From contig CAYGXQ010000001.1 of NCBI GenBank assembly GCA_964354025.1, positions 70,567 through 134,566 of the forward strand: a stretch of DNA of 64,000 nt, given 5' to 3'. Made by a program: the position numbers and the translations under genes. This stretch comes from an uncultured Gammaproteobacteria bacterium. GTDB lineage: Bacteria > Patescibacteriota > Microgenomatia > 2-02-FULL-39-11. The notes beneath the pieces are model-generated. The model worked only from the letters and a program-made list of their open reading frames with translations. It did no database searches and had not been told where the DNA came from. Positions 59,789 through 64,000 of this stretch are shown piece after piece (the first letter of the stretch is position 1; every line of letters starts with the position of its first letter).

Positions 59789-61705
59789 ATGTCAAAAATT
59801 ATCGGTATTGATTTAGGAACAACCAATTCCTGTGTGGCGGTGATGGAGGGCGGCAGTCCCAAAGTCATCCATTCAGCCGAAGGCCGGAATGTCATCCCCT
59901 CGGTCGTTGATCCGGTAAAAAGGGTTGTCGGTGATGTGGCCAAAAGACAGATAGTTATCAATCCCAAATCGACGGTTTATTCCATTAAAAGATTAGTTGG
60001 TAGAAAATATTCTGATAAATCAGTGCAGCATGATATAAAACTTTTACCTTATGCGATAAAAAGTGGTCGGGACAATATGGCGGTTGTGGAAGTGGCCGGC
60101 AAAACATACACCCCGCAGGAAATCTCGGCAATGATTTTACAGAAAATCAAGGCCGATGCTGAAAGTTATCTGGGCGAGAAAGTGACGGAAGCGGTCATCA
60201 CTGTACCGGCTTATTTTGACGACAGCCAAAGGCAGGCCACCAAGCAGGCCGGAGAAATTGCCGGTTTGACGGTTAAAAGGATCTTGAACGAACCGACGGC
60301 CGCCGCTTTAGCTTATGGTCTTGAGAAAAAACACGCCCATACAGTGGCAGTTTATGACCTGGGCGGCGGAACTTTTGACATCTCCGTTTTGGAACTGGGT
60401 GAGGGAGTCTATGAAGTCAAAGCCACCAACGGCGATACTCATCTGGGTGGAGATGATTTTGACAAAAAAATCCTTGACTATTTAGCCGACGAATTTAAAA
60501 AGGAAAACGGGGTGGATTTGCGCCGCGACCCGCAGGCACTGCAGCGTCTTCGGGACGCGGCGGAAAAAGCCAAAATAGAACTCTCAAGCAGTCTGGAAGC
60601 GGAGATCAATCTCCCTTTTATCACCCAGGGAAAAGAAGGGCCGCTGCATCTGGTGACCAAGCTAACACGCTCGAAGCTGGAGAGTATTGTCGGTGATTTG
60701 ATCGACAGCACTATTACTCCGGTTGAAGCTTGTCTGAAAGACGCCAAAATCACCAAAGATAAAATTGACGAGATTGTGATGGTTGGGGGAATGACGCGGA
60801 TGCCGAAAGTAGTGGAAGTAGTGGAAAAATTTTTCGGCAAAGAACCGAACCGTTCCGTCAATCCCGACGAAGTGGTAGCAATAGGAGCGGCAGTCCAGGC
60901 CGGTGTTTTGACCGGAGAAGTGCGTGATGTCGTCCTTTTGGATGTGACGCCGCTTACATTAGGAGTAGAAACTTTAGGACGAGTAATGACGCCGCTGATT
61001 ACCAGAAATACGACCGTGCCGACTTCTAAATCGGAAATTTTCTCAACCGCCGCCGATAATCAGACTTCGGTTGAAATAAACGTCCTTCAGGGAGAACGGC
61101 CGATGGCAGCAGATAATAAATCACTGGGCCGGTTTATCCTCGACGGTATCCCGCCGGCGCCAAGAGGAGTGCCGCAGGTGGAAGTGACTTTTGACATAGA
61201 CGCCAACGGCATCTTAAACGTTTCTGCTAAAGATAAAGCGTCCGGCAAAAGCCAGAGCATCAAGATCACCGGTTCGACCGGTCTTTCCAAAGACGAAATT
61301 GAGAAGATGACCAAAGAGGCAGAAGCTCACGCTTCGGAAGACAGCGACAAAAAAGAGAAGATCGAAACCAGGAATAAAGCGGATAACATGATCTATGTGG
61401 CGGAGAAGTCGCTGAAAGACGCCGGTGACAAAGTCAGCGCTGAAATAAAAAAAGAAGTCGAGGAAAAAATCAGCGTCTTGAGAGGGATTTTGGAAAGCGG
61501 TACCAAAGAAGATCTGGAAGTAAAGACGAAAGATCTTTCCGACTCAATGCAAAAAATCGGCCAGGCGATGTATCAACAGCAACAGCAAGCCTCTTCTGCA
61601 AAACCTTCCGAGGAGAAGCCAACCGGTGATGATAAGAACGGGGAGGATAAGAAAAAGAATCATGCGAAAAAAGAGGATGCGCAGGAAGGGGAAGTGGTTA
61701 GTTAG
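59789..61705 (+). CDS. dnaK: chaperone DnaK
   Basis: [25 protein letters not shown]. Confidence 0.99.
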   Translation: MSKIIGIDLGTTNSCVAVMEGGSPKVIHSAEGRNVIPSVVDPVKRVVGDVAKRQIVINPKSTVYSIKRLVGRKYSDKSVQHDIKLLPYAIKSGRDNMAVVEVAGKTYTPQEISAMILQKIKADAESYLGEKVTEAVITVPAYFDDSQRQATKQAGEIAGLTVKRILNEPTAAALAYGLEKKHAHTVAVYDLGGGTFDISVLELGEGVYEVKATNGDTHLGGDDFDKKILDYLADEFKKENGVDLRRDPQALQRLRDAAEKAKIELSSSLEAEINLPFITQGKEGPLHLVTKLTRSKLESIVGDLIDSTITPVEACLKDAKITKDKIDEIVMVGGMTRMPKVVEVVEKFFGKEPNRSVNPDEVVAIGAAVQAGVLTGEVRDVVLLDVTPLTLGVETLGRVMTPLITRNTTVPTSKSEIFSTAADNQTSVEINVLQGERPMAADNKSLGRFILDGIPPAPRGVPQVEVTFDIDANGILNVSAKDKASGKSQSIKITGSTGLSKDEIEKMTKEAEAHASEDSDKKEKIETRNKADNMIYVAEKSLKDAGDKVSAEIKKEVEEKISVLRGILESGTKEDLEVKTKDLSDSMQKIGQAMYQQQQQASSAKPSEEKPTGDDKNGEDKKKNHAKKEDAQEGEVVS

Positions 61706-61763
61706 TTGTAAGTTGTAGGTTGTAAGTTATAAGTTGGGGCGCGCTTCGCGCGCCCTTTGATAT

Positions 61764-62669
61764 ATGTCAAAAGATTTTTATGGAGTTTTGGGAGTTTCCA
61801 AAACCGCCACGGAGGCGGAGATAAAACGCGCTTACAGGAAATTGGCGCTTCAGTGGCATCCCGACAGAAATAAAAGCGCTGAGGCAAACGAGAAATTCAA
61901 AGAAATCAACAAAGCTTACGAAGTTCTGTCCGATCCGAAGAAAAAAGAAGTTTACGACCAATACGGCGATTCGGCTTTCCAGCCCGGAGCAGGTTTTGGC
62001 GGAGGCGCTCCATACGGTCAGCAGCCCGGACAATACGGACCTTTTACGTATTCATATTCTAACTATGGTGGTAGTGGGGGAGGAACAGGATTCGAAGGGG
62101 TTGATTTCGGCGGATTTTCCGACCCGTTTGAGATTTTTGCTCAGTTCTTCGGCGGCGGCTCGCCTTTTGGCCGAAGATCACAAAGGCGTTCAATTTACCA
62201 ATTACCTTTGGATTTCATGGAGGCGGTGCAGGGAGTAGAAAAAACAGTGGAGATCGGCGGCAAAAAACAAAATATTAAAATCCCGGCCGGGGTAGACAAC
62301 GGCACCCGCATCCGTTTCCAGGATTACGATATTGTGGTTGAAGTCACTTCGGACCCCCGTTTTAAGCGGGAGGACTATGATCTGATTACTGATGTGGAGA
62401 TCAGTTTCCCCCAGGCGGTTTTGGGCGATGTCGTTTCCGTGCCGACCATAGACGGCCCCCTGAATTTGAAAATCCAGCCGGGAACACAGCCGGGCAGTTT
62501 GATAAGACTTCGTGGTAAAGGCGTCCCCCATGTCCGCAGCCACGGCCGCGGCGACCAATATATCAGGGTGAAAGTAACTGTCCCTACCAAACTTACCGGC
62601 AGGCAGAAAGAATTGTTAAATGAATTTGAAGCAGAAAATTCATCCCATAAAAAACACGGGTGGTTTTAA
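61764..62669 (+). CDS. dnaJ: DnaJ-family chaperone lacking the Zn finger
   Basis: HPD J-domain, G/F region, C-terminal domains, no CxxCxGxG repeats. Confidence 0.9.
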   Translation: MSKDFYGVLGVSKTATEAEIKRAYRKLALQWHPDRNKSAEANEKFKEINKAYEVLSDPKKKEVYDQYGDSAFQPGAGFGGGAPYGQQPGQYGPFTYSYSNYGGSGGGTGFEGVDFGGFSDPFEIFAQFFGGGSPFGRRSQRRSIYQLPLDFMEAVQGVEKTVEIGGKKQNIKIPAGVDNGTRIRFQDYDIVVEVTSDPRFKREDYDLITDVEISFPQAVLGDVVSVPTIDGPLNLKIQPGTQPGSLIRLRGKGVPHVRSHGRGDQYIRVKVTVPTKLTGRQKELLNEFEAENSSHKKHGWF

Positions 62670-62675
62670 ATATCA

Positions 62676-63452
62676 GTGAAAAAAATAATTGTCCTCATTA
62701 TTGTATTATTAGTACCAATATTAATTTTCTTTTTCCGTTGGCAATCTGCAAGAGATATAATTGTTGAACAAGCAGTCACAACCCCAATCATCTCTTCGTA
62801 TCCAAAAAACACGGCAGAAGTTATTTTCGATGAAAATTCATATAGAATTTCTTGGATAAAAATTGATGATGTTAATAAATTATCGCTTATTCCCAATTTT
62901 GCCGAAAAAGAAACAGCCAGGACATTTGCTGATAAAAATAAATGCAGATATTTGACCAGCGCCGGGTTTTATACCAAAGATAATCAGCCTTTGGGATTGT
63001 TTATCGCGGGTGGAAAAGTTATCAAAGAAAAAACAGTCAATAATCTGATTCCGGAAATATTTTATATCACGGATAACGGGCAATATGGTATTGCTGAATC
63101 ATTACCGTCAGGGACGATAAAATATGCCATTCAGCTTGGACCGCCGCTGATAAACAATAATTTACCGAGAAAATTAGCCATCCGTGATGACGAGCCGGCC
63201 AGAAGGATTGTTTTGGCGATTGATATTAATCGGGTAATTTATTTATTAGCCGTTTATGACAAAGAAAATAATTTTCAGGGGCCGACTCTGACGGATTTAC
63301 CAAAGGTACTTGCGGAATTTCAGAAAAAAACCGGTGTCAATTTTCAAAAAGCAGTTAATCTCGACGGCGGCAGTGCTTCGGCATTTATAAAAGATGATTT
63401 ATCGCTTGAGGAATTAACTTCCGTGGGCAGTTTCTTCTGCGTTACCGATTGA
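62676..63452 (+). CDS. phosphodiester glycosidase family protein
   Basis: AGFY..P.GL, Q.GP, AVNLDGGS. Confidence 0.8.
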   Translation: MKKIIVLIIVLLVPILIFFFRWQSARDIIVEQAVTTPIISSYPKNTAEVIFDENSYRISWIKIDDVNKLSLIPNFAEKETARTFADKNKCRYLTSAGFYTKDNQPLGLFIAGGKVIKEKTVNNLIPEIFYITDNGQYGIAESLPSGTIKYAIQLGPPLINNNLPRKLAIRDDEPARRIVLAIDINRVIYLLAVYDKENNFQGPTLTDLPKVLAEFQKKTGVNFQKAVNLDGGSASAFIKDDLSLEELTSVGSFFCVTD

Positions 63453-64000
63453 GATATTGAGTGATGTTGGCGTTGTGTTCCTCGATGTCTTTGGCAAAAT
63501 GGGATTTGCCGTTTTTGTCAGCCACGTAATAAAGATAATCATTATCGGGCGCTTCAACGACGGCGTTGATGGCCGCCAGCCCAGGATTGGCAATGGGGGT
63601 GGGCGGCAAACCAGGATTCAAATAAGTATTATAAGGAGAATCAATCGCCATATCCTCGGCCGTCAGATCTTTTTTCCACCAGGATTTTTGCCCCGGCTGA
63701 TAACCGAGGGCATACTGGATGGTGGCGTCGATATCCAGCTTCATCCCGATTCTCAAACGGTTTAAAATGACGCCGGCCACCAGCGGCCGGTCTTCGGTCA
63801 GTTTGGCTTCCCGCTCTACCAGGGAAGCAACCGTGATCAACTCATCCAAATTCAAATTTTTCTTAGCGGCTTTATTTGCAATATCAGCGGTCACTTTTTT
63901 TTGGAAATTTTTGTTGAAAATATCAATAATGGCAGCGGCAGAAGCGTCCTGAGGGATAAGATAAGTGTCGGGAAAAAGATAACCTTCTTTACTCAATTTC
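63442..64000 (-). CDS. mltG: endolytic transglycosylase MltG (5' end outside the window)
   Basis: EGYLFPDTY, ASLVERE, SPYNTY...GLPP.PI.NPG. Confidence 0.95.
   Translation of the reverse strand, partial: KLSKEGYLFPDTYLIPQDASAAAIIDIFNKNFQKKVTADIANKAAKKNLNLDELITVASLVEREAKLTEDRPLVAGVILNRLRIGMKLDIDATIQYALGYQPGQKSWWKKDLTAEDMAIDSPYNTYLNPGLPPTPIANPGLAAINAVVEAPDNDYLYYVADKNGKSHFAKDIEEHNANITQYLNR

Noticed and set aside
61764-62669. DnaJ without a Zn finger as a novelty
   Set aside because: Class B J-proteins are well known.

Overview
Bacterial chromosomal segment whose gene repertoire (compact housekeeping genes, many GT-C glycosyltransferases, PT-rich surface proteins, PilN/PilO, FemAB pairs, Zn-finger-less DnaJ) suggests a Patescibacteria/CPR, probably Microgenomates, genome (inference). 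Core genes: valS (partial), tsaD, groES-groEL and hrcA-grpE-dnaK-dnaJ (both with CIRCE operators), metG, tatD, rmuC, two UvrD/PcrA helicases, tpiA, rpsT, murJ and mltG (partial). The most unusual part is an accessory island at about 40.2-46.2 kb. It holds one intact type III hammerhead ribozyme on the minus strand (42440-42518) and two interleaved families of structured, hammerhead-related repeats. These repeats separate small cargo genes: three toxin-antitoxin-type modules, two GC-rich foreign-looking secreted-protein genes and two tiny membrane proteins. This looks like a ribozyme-associated gene-cassette array. Across the window, several families of short palindromes and 7-9 nt tandem repeats are inserted in frame into essential genes and nested inside each other, and a RAYT-type Y1 transposase with terminal palindromes is present. 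Also notable are a duplicated pair of (alpha/alpha)-toroid-like protein plus Cys-rich surface protein, and a wHTH-ATPase gene coupled to a protein with a degenerate prenyltransferase-like domain. No rRNA, tRNA or CRISPR array was seen. All structures were read by eye, not computed.
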